Positions 1 to 7,596 of a stretch of 30,911 nucleotides of DNA are shown piece after piece. The notes under the pieces were generated by a model, which worked only from the letters and a program-made list of their open reading frames with translations, was not told the DNA's origin and searched no databases. Numbering within the stretch: position 1 is the stretch's first letter; each line of letters opens with the position of its first letter. A program made the translations under genes and the position numbers. Where the stretch lies: NCBI GenBank assembly GCA_964390155.1, contig CAYMHC010000001.1:1-30911 (forward strand), written 5' to 3'. The DNA is from an uncultured Nitrosopumilales archaeon (lineage in GTDB: Archaea; Thermoproteota; Nitrososphaeria; Nitrososphaerales; JACAEJ01).

Positions 1-1
1 A

Positions 2-808
2 TTATTGAATCTAATGAGTGTGGATGAGCTTGAGAGAATAATCAAACAAATGCCAGAACTCCTGGGAGGTTTTCAAGATATAGCAGGAAAGATTATTGAG
101 AATTTTCCTGAAGCAGATGTAGATGAAGAAGACATACACACTCAAATCGAGCGAAGCATCCAGGGTAAGGAGATGCAACTACTTGTCGTCTCATACAGAA
201 TCGATGAAGACATTAGAAGAGTCTCTGATTTTCTGAGAGAAGTTTATGGAATGAAGATTTACTGTGTAGAATTTGACTACTTTGCGGATGAACACCGTGA
301 ATACTTCGTTCCCGAAATCATAGGGGCGGAAGAAGTGGGACGAATCAGAATAGGAGAGCTTAGTCCAACGCAAATCGAGTATCAGAAATTCTATTCTGAA
401 CTACTTGATAGTCTAAAAAGCAAAATTCCCACCATGACCAGTCGGAAAGCGCTACCACAATCATACCTAGGCTTGCCCATTGGATACAGCGGTATTCACC
501 TAGAATGGGCCTTTCACGGAAAACCAAGAAGCAGTTTTGAGGTTGGACTGCATTTTGAAAGAACCAACAAGGATGAGAATATCGAGTTGTTGAATCTCTT
601 CAAGGATCAGGAAAGCCGATTAAAAGATGAACTCGGTGATGACATGATATTCGATTCCAATTTCGGGAAACGTTGGACAAGGATATACACATCAAGACAC
701 GGCGGAGATATTAGTGATGAACTCAAAAAATGGGCTATCGAGACGATGGTAAAGTACTATGAGACTATGAAACCTATTTTGGATAAACATTACCAAAGCC
801 AATCATAA
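2..808 (+). CDS. 5'-partial DUF4268-domain protein, probably with an N-terminal NucS/PD-(D/E)XK-like nuclease region cut by the window edge
   Basis: Frame is open back to the window start. Central LLVVSYRIDEDIRRVSDFL..IYCVEF segment and C-terminal LHFE..KDENIELLNLF..QESRLKDELG..MIFD...KRWTRI pattern resemble DUF4268 proteins. Catalytic residues are not visible. Confidence 0.55.
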   Translation, partial: LLNLMSVDELERIIKQMPELLGGFQDIAGKIIENFPEADVDEEDIHTQIERSIQGKEMQLLVVSYRIDEDIRRVSDFLREVYGMKIYCVEFDYFADEHREYFVPEIIGAEEVGRIRIGELSPTQIEYQKFYSELLDSLKSKIPTMTSRKALPQSYLGLPIGYSGIHLEWAFHGKPRSSFEVGLHFERTNKDENIELLNLFKDQESRLKDELGDDMIFDSNFGKRWTRIYTSRHGGDISDELKKWAIETMVKYYETMKPILDKHYQSQS

Positions 809-1089
809 AGAATCAGATGCCATATTGATGGGGGGCAAGACCGTCATGCTACTGACTTACAAAGCTAATAGATCTGGGAACGTGGAGCTACAAGGGATTG
901 AACAATAAATCCCTTAATCTGAAAGGCAATTAAGATTAGACAAGCATACTGTTTTGATTTCTTACTTTCTCTTAGAATCTGTTCCCGACCAGCATGTAGA
1001 TTTTATTCAACAGGACTAGCGAATGACCAAGTATAGAACGAATAACAAGACCAGAATCCCAAAAACTTATATCGTCTTGTTTTTTTATC

Positions 1090-1704
1090 ATGCCAAGGAA
1101 ATCCTACATCATCCTTTCGCTAATTCTTGCTTCAGTCATAGCTTCCATGGCAATGCCAGCTTCAGCTTTCTACAACCTTCTCCAAAACCTACGGTTCGAA
1201 ACAGGTGAGTTGGATCCATGGGAAGCTGACGGTACATGGGGATGGTCTGCCGATATATCTACTTATTGTCACACGGGCACCTATGCTGCGCTTATAATAT
1301 GTGGGGACGGAGAGACATGGTTCTATCAAGAAATTTCCCCTCCACGATGTGCAGAATACCTAGAATTCTGGTACACATTCTGGTACACAGATGGAGCGTG
1401 GGGCGAGGCGGAAGTTCGCATTTTTTATTCAGACGGAACATGGTATTTTGTGGAACTTTTCAACACTTATGAATGGACCTTTGTCCACATCGACCTGGAC
1501 ACTACCAAGCTAGTGGCAGAATTAGAGGTATGGGGTGTATCCAACTTAAAAATTTATGTTGATGACTTTGACCTAGAGGCCTGCGCCTCAGTGGGCGGAG
1601 AACTGACTCAATCGATGACGCCTGTTCTAAATCCTCTCATGGTATTGGCGGTCATAGCGGTGGCTTCAGCTACAGTGCTGGGCTACAGGTTCACAAAGAG
1701 GTAG
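1090..1704 (+). CDS. Secreted, membrane-anchored protein with a jelly-roll/CBM-like domain
   Basis: Signal peptide (MPRKSYIILSLILASVIASMAMPASA); NLLQNLRFETGELDPW start typical of CBM4/9-like beta-sandwiches; aromatic-rich core; C-terminal VGG motif, TM helix and basic tail RFTKR. Confidence 0.7.
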   Translation: MPRKSYIILSLILASVIASMAMPASAFYNLLQNLRFETGELDPWEADGTWGWSADISTYCHTGTYAALIICGDGETWFYQEISPPRCAEYLEFWYTFWYTDGAWGEAEVRIFYSDGTWYFVELFNTYEWTFVHIDLDTTKLVAELEVWGVSNLKIYVDDFDLEACASVGGELTQSMTPVLNPLMVLAVIAVASATVLGYRFTKR

Positions 1705-1916
1705 CTCAACCACCCTTTTTATTCCCTACCCCTCGACAAATGGATGCCAACTTGCTCAAGGCTGATAGTCGAAATGATCAATGATGAATCGAACTAGAGG
1801 GGAAATGATCCGTCCCTCGCCGCAGAAGGTCCGCACCAACAGTTGCATAATCGGGTTGGAACCGTCAAGGTCGCCCTTTCCTAGGCCCGCTAAAGCAGTT
1901 CTAGCTCATAGGATTC

Positions 1917-2978
1917 TTAGCTTTGCTCTTTTCCTTCTTTTCCCTGCTCCTTCTTAACGTCGGAAAGCTTCAGAACGGACTTCAATCCTGGCTTAACCTC
2001 ATCTATAGGCTTGAACTCCACATAACCAGCTTCGCAAGCTCCTTTGAAGATTTCCTCCCCGACTTTGGTCCTGACTATCACCGTTGACCAGCCTTTGGCG
2101 GAACCGACAGCTCCAACAGATATGTCTGAATGCTCACTTGTAAAATCTGAGCAGATATGGCAAGGGCCTCTTGCACAAGCTTTGATCTCATCAAGGGGCA
2201 CATTCATTACTTCCTTATCCTCTGTGTAGGCTATGAACTTCCCTTTGCTTATGTCGAACTTTCTAACATCCTTCGGCTCCACACCTTTAGATGCTACAAA
2301 ATCCATCAAATTCTTGTACGTGAAGCTCTCCATGCAGAAGAGCCCTACGACAAGCTCTATTCTGCTACCCAGCTTGTAGCAAGCTTTGTGGGTGTATTGC
2401 ATCTTCCTAGCCGTTTGAACCTCGCAAGGAGTCCCGACTACGCCAACTTTGTTCTTTACATAATCCTCTACTGCATACCTCAGTCCAACAAGCACCGGGC
2501 TTGGCGTATATTTCGTACCCGCCGCCTTTATCACTTCTTTGGCGTCTGTTGCAACACTTGGCCAGGGTCTCCATATATCTCTTCTTATCTCGGATACAAC
2601 GGCGCTGTCTATTATTCCCTTGTCCAATCCATACATAAGCAGTGTTGTGGCTATCCCACCGTCCTGAGCAAATCTCAAAACTTCATCGAGCTTCGATCTA
2701 GCCGAATAGATGGCTTTGAAAAACCCAATAGGTTCATCTTTGCTTCGAGCCTTACCAAACATGGCTTTGTCTATTTCTTCATAATCATATACCGTTCTTG
2801 GGCATGTATACCAGCAAAGTTCACAGGCATAGCATGGACCAACAAGTTTTGGCAAATCGCTTTCGAATCCTATGACAGAAAATGGGCATGATGCTATGCA
2901 ACCACCACAGAATGTGCATTTACCCGCCTTTATTACTTCAAATAAAAGGTTTCCAAAAATCTTGGGTTTTACCGACAT
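1917..2978 (-). CDS. Coenzyme F420 hydrogenase/dehydrogenase beta-subunit family protein (FrhB/FpoF-like) with an N-terminal 2x[4Fe-4S] domain
   Basis: CTFCGGCIASCP and CYACELCWYTCP ferredoxin motifs; DGGIAT, GTKYT, VGTPC, GLFCMESF and CHICSDF..EHSDISVG motifs of the FrhB fold. Confidence 0.92.
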   Translation of the reverse strand: MSVKPKIFGNLLFEVIKAGKCTFCGGCIASCPFSVIGFESDLPKLVGPCYACELCWYTCPRTVYDYEEIDKAMFGKARSKDEPIGFFKAIYSARSKLDEVLRFAQDGGIATTLLMYGLDKGIIDSAVVSEIRRDIWRPWPSVATDAKEVIKAAGTKYTPSPVLVGLRYAVEDYVKNKVGVVGTPCEVQTARKMQYTHKACYKLGSRIELVVGLFCMESFTYKNLMDFVASKGVEPKDVRKFDISKGKFIAYTEDKEVMNVPLDEIKACARGPCHICSDFTSEHSDISVGAVGSAKGWSTVIVRTKVGEEIFKGACEAGYVEFKPIDEVKPGLKSVLKLSDVKKEQGKEGKEQS

Positions 2979-3012
2979 TCTCTTTCTCTACTCCAAAGGT
3001 CTAGATTCATGC

Positions 3013-3020
3013 TATTTAAG
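3013..3020 (-). promoter_or_regulatory. Putative TATA box (CTTAAATA) of the FrhB-like gene
   Basis: Archaeal TATA-like sequence about 35 nt upstream of ATG 2978, with a purine-rich leader in between. Confidence 0.45.
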
Positions 3021-3224
3021 AACTATCCAAAATGATCTTGGATACCTTGAGGTGCTCTGATCACAAATCAATACTTAAGCATTTCTTTATCATGGAAACA
3101 AAGATGTGATTCTTTATTTTAGGGCAAATAGGACTCAACACTCAATGACCATGAACTCTACCCGTGTTTTTATAGCAACAGGTATTGACTAGGGTTGTAC
3201 AAGGATTTGGAAGTTCGTTTAAGG

Positions 3225-4478
3225 CTACGGCCAAAGACCTAGAGTCTTTATGGTGTCAGCTACTCTTCCAACACCTATGGCAAGAGCTGACTTTCTCATT
3301 GATACCTCGTACTCCTTTGATTTTTCATAAACGCCATAAAATGCTTTAACCATTTTCTTCTCAAATTTGTCTTCAACTTGCTCTTCTGTCCAGTATTCTC
3401 GGGTTAGATTTTGGACCCACTCAAAGTAGCTGACCAACACCCCGCCTGCATTGGCAAGTATATCGGGTATTACAAATATACCATTCTTATCCAGAATCTC
3501 GTCAGCCTCTGGAGTTGTTGGACCATTGGCAGCCTCTGTTATTATCTTTGCTTTTATCTTGTTTGCATTATCCCTGGTAATCTGATTCTCAAGGGCTGCT
3601 GGCACCAATATGTCACATTCCAATTCAAGCAGCTCTTCATTGGTTATCTCTTCACAACCTTCAAAGCCAACTACAGAGCCCGTCTTATCCTTATGCTTGA
3701 GTAAGACATCAGGGTCTACACCCTTCTTATTTAATATACCACCCTTTGAGTCGCTGGCTGCTATAATTTTGGCACCTGTCCTATTCAGCAACAAAGCAGA
3801 ATTAAAGCCAGCGTTGCCGTAGCCTTGAACTGCGACAGTCGCACCCTTTATATTCATGTCCAGAACTTTTGTAGCCTCTCTGGAGCATACCATCGCACCA
3901 TTAGCTGTTGCTTTTTCCCTGCCTACCGATCCTCCTATGTTCAAGGGCTTGCCGGTAACCACTCCTGGCACCTTATAACCCATCAATTGGCTATAGGTAT
4001 CCATGACCCAAGCCATAGTCTGAGCATCTGTATACACATCGGGGGCTGGAATATCTTGGTAAGGGCCTATTAGTTCGTGAATCATGGCGGTATACCCCCT
4101 TGTTAAACGCTCTAACTCTCCCTTTGACATCTGTTTTGGATTGCACGGAATTCCTCCTTTAGCACCACCATATGGTATATCAACTACAGCACACTTCCAC
4201 GTCATCCAAGCAGCTAGTGCCTTTACTTCATCTAGAGTTACATCGGGATGGTACCTGATCCCGCCTTTATATGGCCCCCTCGCATTATTGTACTGAACTC
4301 TATAACCTGTGAAGACTTTGGTGCTGCCATCATCCATCTTTATGGGAATTGAAACTATGAGCGTCTTTTTGGGTTGCTTCAATATATCGTGGATCTGTGG
4401 ATCAAGTCTTAAGATATCAGCAGCCATGCTCAATTGCTCTAGCGCGACATCGAAAGGGTTTGTCTTCTCAGTGCACAT
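3225..4478 (-). CDS. gdhA: Glutamate dehydrogenase (Glu/Leu/Phe/Val dehydrogenase family)
   Basis: RGPYKGGIRYHP, MTWKCA, GGAKGG, DIPAPDV, VTGKP, QGYGNAG, EAANGPTT and NAGGV..SYFEWVQN motifs. Confidence 0.97.
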   Translation of the reverse strand: MCTEKTNPFDVALEQLSMAADILRLDPQIHDILKQPKKTLIVSIPIKMDDGSTKVFTGYRVQYNNARGPYKGGIRYHPDVTLDEVKALAAWMTWKCAVVDIPYGGAKGGIPCNPKQMSKGELERLTRGYTAMIHELIGPYQDIPAPDVYTDAQTMAWVMDTYSQLMGYKVPGVVTGKPLNIGGSVGREKATANGAMVCSREATKVLDMNIKGATVAVQGYGNAGFNSALLLNRTGAKIIAASDSKGGILNKKGVDPDVLLKHKDKTGSVVGFEGCEEITNEELLELECDILVPAALENQITRDNANKIKAKIITEAANGPTTPEADEILDKNGIFVIPDILANAGGVLVSYFEWVQNLTREYWTEEQVEDKFEKKMVKAFYGVYEKSKEYEVSMRKSALAIGVGRVADTIKTLGLWP

Positions 4479-4498
4479 GATTTGAAGCCTCTAGTATA

Positions 4499-4506
4499 TG
4501 TTTAAA
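4499..4506 (-). promoter_or_regulatory. Putative TATA box of gdhA (probably leaderless mRNA)
   Basis: AGAAAG BRE-like run followed by ATATTTAAAC, about 20-28 nt above ATG 4478. Confidence 0.55.
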
Positions 4507-4548
4507 TATCTTTCTCTTAGGAAAATGAAATCTTGCTTATGGATTTGT

Positions 4549-5238
4549 CTATCTTATTGCTAAAGGTTCTGCTAACTCCCTTATCTTGAGCTCCCATGAA
4601 TCAGATTTTATTATGCTACTTGCAACTAGAATCCCGACAGAGCCGAGCTCGAGAGCAACAGTAACATCCTCTCCAGACGTAATCCCAGCTCCACAGATTA
4701 GTCTAACAGAATCGCTCACTTCCCTCATTGTTTCTACAGACCCTGAGATGACTTCTGGTTTAACCTTAGATACAGCTCTGCCTGTACCTATAAGCTCAGG
4801 AGGCTCCACTGCTACGTAATCAGGAAAAAGCATCGTTCTTTCTCTTACCTCTCTTGGAGTCTTGGCGCATACTACCGAATAGAGCCCTAAATCCCTCAGC
4901 TTTGGTACTAGCTCTTTTATAGTCTTTATGGGCATCCTCTTTTCGCTATGGTTCAATAGGGTGCCAATACCACCACATGCTTTGACTATCTCTGGGACAA
5001 TAGAGCCCGTGGTACTGCCAGGCTTAGCCAAATCTACATGCTGGGAAAAGACCGGTATGCTGACAGATCTAGCCACGCTAGACAAATCAGGAATTGTTGG
5101 AGCTGCTACGATCTTAACATCAAGCTCTTTTGCCACCTTCTCTGCTACCTTTGCCAACTTTACAGCTCCTACACCTGAGGCTTCAAGATAATTCTTGAAG
5201 TTTATTATCATGATTCGCTCTTTCGCGTTTGTGTTCAT
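4549..5238 (-). CDS. tpiA: Triosephosphate isomerase, archaeal type
   Basis: NFKNY, QHVD, LLNHSE, AVEPPELIGTG and CGAGI motifs; AAGGAG SD before ATG 5238 (alternative start 5211). Confidence 0.96.
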   Translation of the reverse strand: MNTNAKERIMIINFKNYLEASGVGAVKLAKVAEKVAKELDVKIVAAPTIPDLSSVARSVSIPVFSQHVDLAKPGSTTGSIVPEIVKACGGIGTLLNHSEKRMPIKTIKELVPKLRDLGLYSVVCAKTPREVRERTMLFPDYVAVEPPELIGTGRAVSKVKPEVISGSVETMREVSDSVRLICGAGITSGEDVTVALELGSVGILVASSIIKSDSWELKIRELAEPLAIR

Positions 5239-5354
5239 CTTTTCTCCTTATCCCATAGAATTCAAAATGATGCCAGTCTGGGTTTTGACAGCCTTTGCAG
5301 GTCTTTTGCTCTTTATCTGATCTTCTTCATCCGCGTCAAATTGAATCTGGTGCT

Positions 5355-6500
5355 TTATGCTGGTCTGAACCTTGCTTCCAGCTTCTTCAAAACAGCTGCG
5401 AGAGTTGTATACTCCATCTCTTCTGGGCCTAGCCTTGCTGGCATGAAGGGGCCATGTAGCCTCAAGTAGTCCGCTACCCTATTTGTCGTCTCTCTGGCTC
5501 TATCGAAGGCTGGATCGTCGAACATGTCTGCAGGGCCTACAAGCTTACCTTCGTTCAGCTGAAATCCAAGGGCTGAAACTCTAGGTGGACCATCGAATCT
5601 TGTACACTTTGCATTCCTTATCGAGACAGGCATCAAAGGTCCATGGTGTGATCCCCTCATCCATCCTGCCACAAGGTGCGGGAAAGCAAAAGGCTCTAGA
5701 ATCTCTCCTACCGCAGGCAAACCATGCTGAGCCCTTATGAACATGACAGGATCGTCCTTTCCAACATATCTTCCTGCTATCAGAGATAATCTTGAAGTGC
5801 TGGCTACTGCTGCCAGAAGGTTGTCTATGCGCCTAAAGACTGAATGTATTATATATCTTCCCGGGGTTCCTATCAAAGCTAGAATATCATAGATCTCTTC
5901 AGGGGCTTGAAGATCGACCAATTTGTTTTCATAAACGTCCATCACTCTGAAGGTGAAGCCTGGATGTAATTTTTCATCTATTATTAGACCTGGGGTGTTG
6001 AAAGGGTCAGCGAATATCTTATAGAGAGGAAGGTTCCAAGCTCCAGGCTCTGTCTTATCGGCCATGAATACAACTACAGGTTCGCTAATGCGCTCCTCTA
6101 ACTCAGCCTCAGCAACACCTGGCCCCATTCCTTTTACGTTACCAGAGAAAGCGGTTGCAAGCAAATCCTGACCTGCAGCGTATAACTTCAATCCTTTTGA
6201 CACTTTCTCCGTTACACCAGTAAAAGTATCCCATGCCAGCTTGTGGACTTCTTCACTATCTGCGCCTTTGCTATGGGTCATTATCAATTGGAGATCGTCT
6301 CCAACATTTGTAACATGATAATCTAGAATCAGACCTGAATCTTTTGCTTTCTTTAGTTCCTCTGATGCCATTCTTATCTGCTCGGGGTGAACTACATGAT
6401 GACCTACTAGGCTTCCTACGTCCGCTTTAATAACAGAAAGAGTAACCTTCAATTTACCATCTAAGGGAGTATCCTCTTGCAAAGGGATAAATCTTTTCAT
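5355..6500 (-). CDS. fbp: Bifunctional fructose-1,6-bisphosphate aldolase/phosphatase (class V FBPase)
   Basis: IKADVGS..GH, AGQDLL..FSGNV, DKTEPGA, ADPFNT, YVGKDDP (Schiff-base Lys), GWMRGSH and EYTT motifs. True start may be TTG 6452. Confidence 0.97.
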   Translation of the reverse strand: MKRFIPLQEDTPLDGKLKVTLSVIKADVGSLVGHHVVHPEQIRMASEELKKAKDSGLILDYHVTNVGDDLQLIMTHSKGADSEEVHKLAWDTFTGVTEKVSKGLKLYAAGQDLLATAFSGNVKGMGPGVAEAELEERISEPVVVFMADKTEPGAWNLPLYKIFADPFNTPGLIIDEKLHPGFTFRVMDVYENKLVDLQAPEEIYDILALIGTPGRYIIHSVFRRIDNLLAAVASTSRLSLIAGRYVGKDDPVMFIRAQHGLPAVGEILEPFAFPHLVAGWMRGSHHGPLMPVSIRNAKCTRFDGPPRVSALGFQLNEGKLVGPADMFDDPAFDRARETTNRVADYLRLHGPFMPARLGPEEMEYTTLAAVLKKLEARFRPA

Positions 6501-6749
6501 TTCAATTCAAAGGAAAGCATTTCAAAATACCATTAATGCCCCGATTCTGACATTCAAGGATCAGTGAAATATCTATACGGAGTTTTGTTTTCTTCGCCTG
6601 GGATATGGATCAGACAAGGAGTTCTTTCCATCTCAAATTTCTAGATGTCAAGGTCTAAAATGTCTCCGTAAGTCATGGCATGAATGCTCTAGAACCTGAG
6701 CCGTGCGAAGGTTATAGGTGGTGCTATCGCTCGCCCTCTTACATCGAGG

Positions 6750-7505
6750 CTAAACAACACTTCGCGAACTTGAGCCTTTTTTAGGTATTTTTTCTTCGTC
6801 AGGGCAAGGGTGCTGTTCAGCCGGGCCTTTCCTACTTCTGACGATTTCCCGTTCCAGTATTTCAAAAGCTCTGGGGCCGTCATTACGATCTAGAATCATG
6901 ATGGTTTCCTCACCAATGTAGCTAGTGAGTATGTTTATTCCTGAACGGTAGAGCAATTGGGTGATCAGTGAAGCGAAGCCTGGGGCCCTTTCGACCTCTG
7001 GGGGAAGATGAAGGCTCAATTTCGATGAATCCATTTCCTCTTTGGCGATGCGCCACTTACTAAGCCTCGCTCGGATAAAATCCTCATAATCGCCTGAATC
7101 AGCAACCAGTTTGATTGAATCTGAGAGCTGGAAAATGTGGGGCGGTTCATTCAGGCCGGACACAATCTCAGTGATTTGTCTCAAGATGTTGGGAAGTTCA
7201 GATTTCTTGGCTTTGATGGTTACATCTGTGATACGGCTAGCTAGGGTTATTCGAGCCTCTCTTAGAACGTCCAGTGGTTCCTCCTCTTTGACATTGATGA
7301 TCGTATCCGAAAACCTCTTGATTGCAACTACGATGGTATTAATACTTGTTTTTCTGCCTGTTAGCTCTTCGACCTTGGGCTTGATTCTTGCTGCAAGCGC
7401 GTGGTAGTTGATGAGCTTCTGTCTGACGCATTCGTAGATCGGCTGGTTCCTCATGATAATGGAGGTCACGACGCTCGGAACAGTGATCCTATCTTGAAAC
7501 GCCAT
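6750..7505 (-). CDS. Archaeal ACT-domain protein with an N-terminal helical, putative DNA-binding region (aspartokinase-ACT-like regulator)
   Basis: LINYHALAARI..INTIVVAIKR N-terminal pattern and C-terminal ACT-like PGF..LITQLLYRSGINI..Y..EETIMIL. Start at ATG 7505 preferred over the ORF-track start 7544. Confidence 0.75.
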   Translation of the reverse strand: MAFQDRITVPSVVTSIIMRNQPIYECVRQKLINYHALAARIKPKVEELTGRKTSINTIVVAIKRFSDTIINVKEEEPLDVLREARITLASRITDVTIKAKKSELPNILRQITEIVSGLNEPPHIFQLSDSIKLVADSGDYEDFIRARLSKWRIAKEEMDSSKLSLHLPPEVERAPGFASLITQLLYRSGINILTSYIGEETIMILDRNDGPRAFEILEREIVRSRKGPAEQHPCPDEEKIPKKGSSSRSVV

Positions 7506-7559
7506 TGCCAAAACTAGCTCCCACCGTGATAACTCCTGGTTCAAGTAGATATGCCTATA

Positions 7560-7591
7560 TATTAGGTAATAGGTATTACGGTTAGGTAATA
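7560..7591 (+). promoter_or_regulatory. Repeat/palindrome cluster in the thermosome promoter (candidate operator)
   Basis: TTAGGTAATA occurs at 7562 and 7582; inverted repeat TATTAC-N6-GTAATA at 7574-7591; both lie between an AT-rich TATA-like element (about 7554-7562) and ATG 7597. Confidence 0.45.
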
Positions 7592-7596
7592 TAACA

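Noticed and set aside
885-915. CRISPR-repeat-like end (CAAGGGATTGAAC) and hairpin AAGGGATT-N8-AATCCCTT
   Set aside because: Single copy with no repeat-spacer periodicity and no cas genes; more likely a terminator or operator hairpin, or chance.
1841-1890. Cobalamin-riboswitch-like words (GGAA, ACGGUUCC, GCAACUGU) on the minus strand
   Set aside because: Spacing and T-loop do not fit, and there is no downstream minus-strand gene to regulate.
1865-1890. Resemblance to SRP RNA helix 8 (GGAA loop) on the minus strand
   Set aside because: The conserved CAGG/AGCA SRP54-binding motif is absent and the gap is too short for a roughly 300-nt 7S RNA.
5239-5354. Short open frame between fbp and tpiA
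   Set aside because: No plausible start or motif; treated as an intergenic spacer carrying the tpiA SD.
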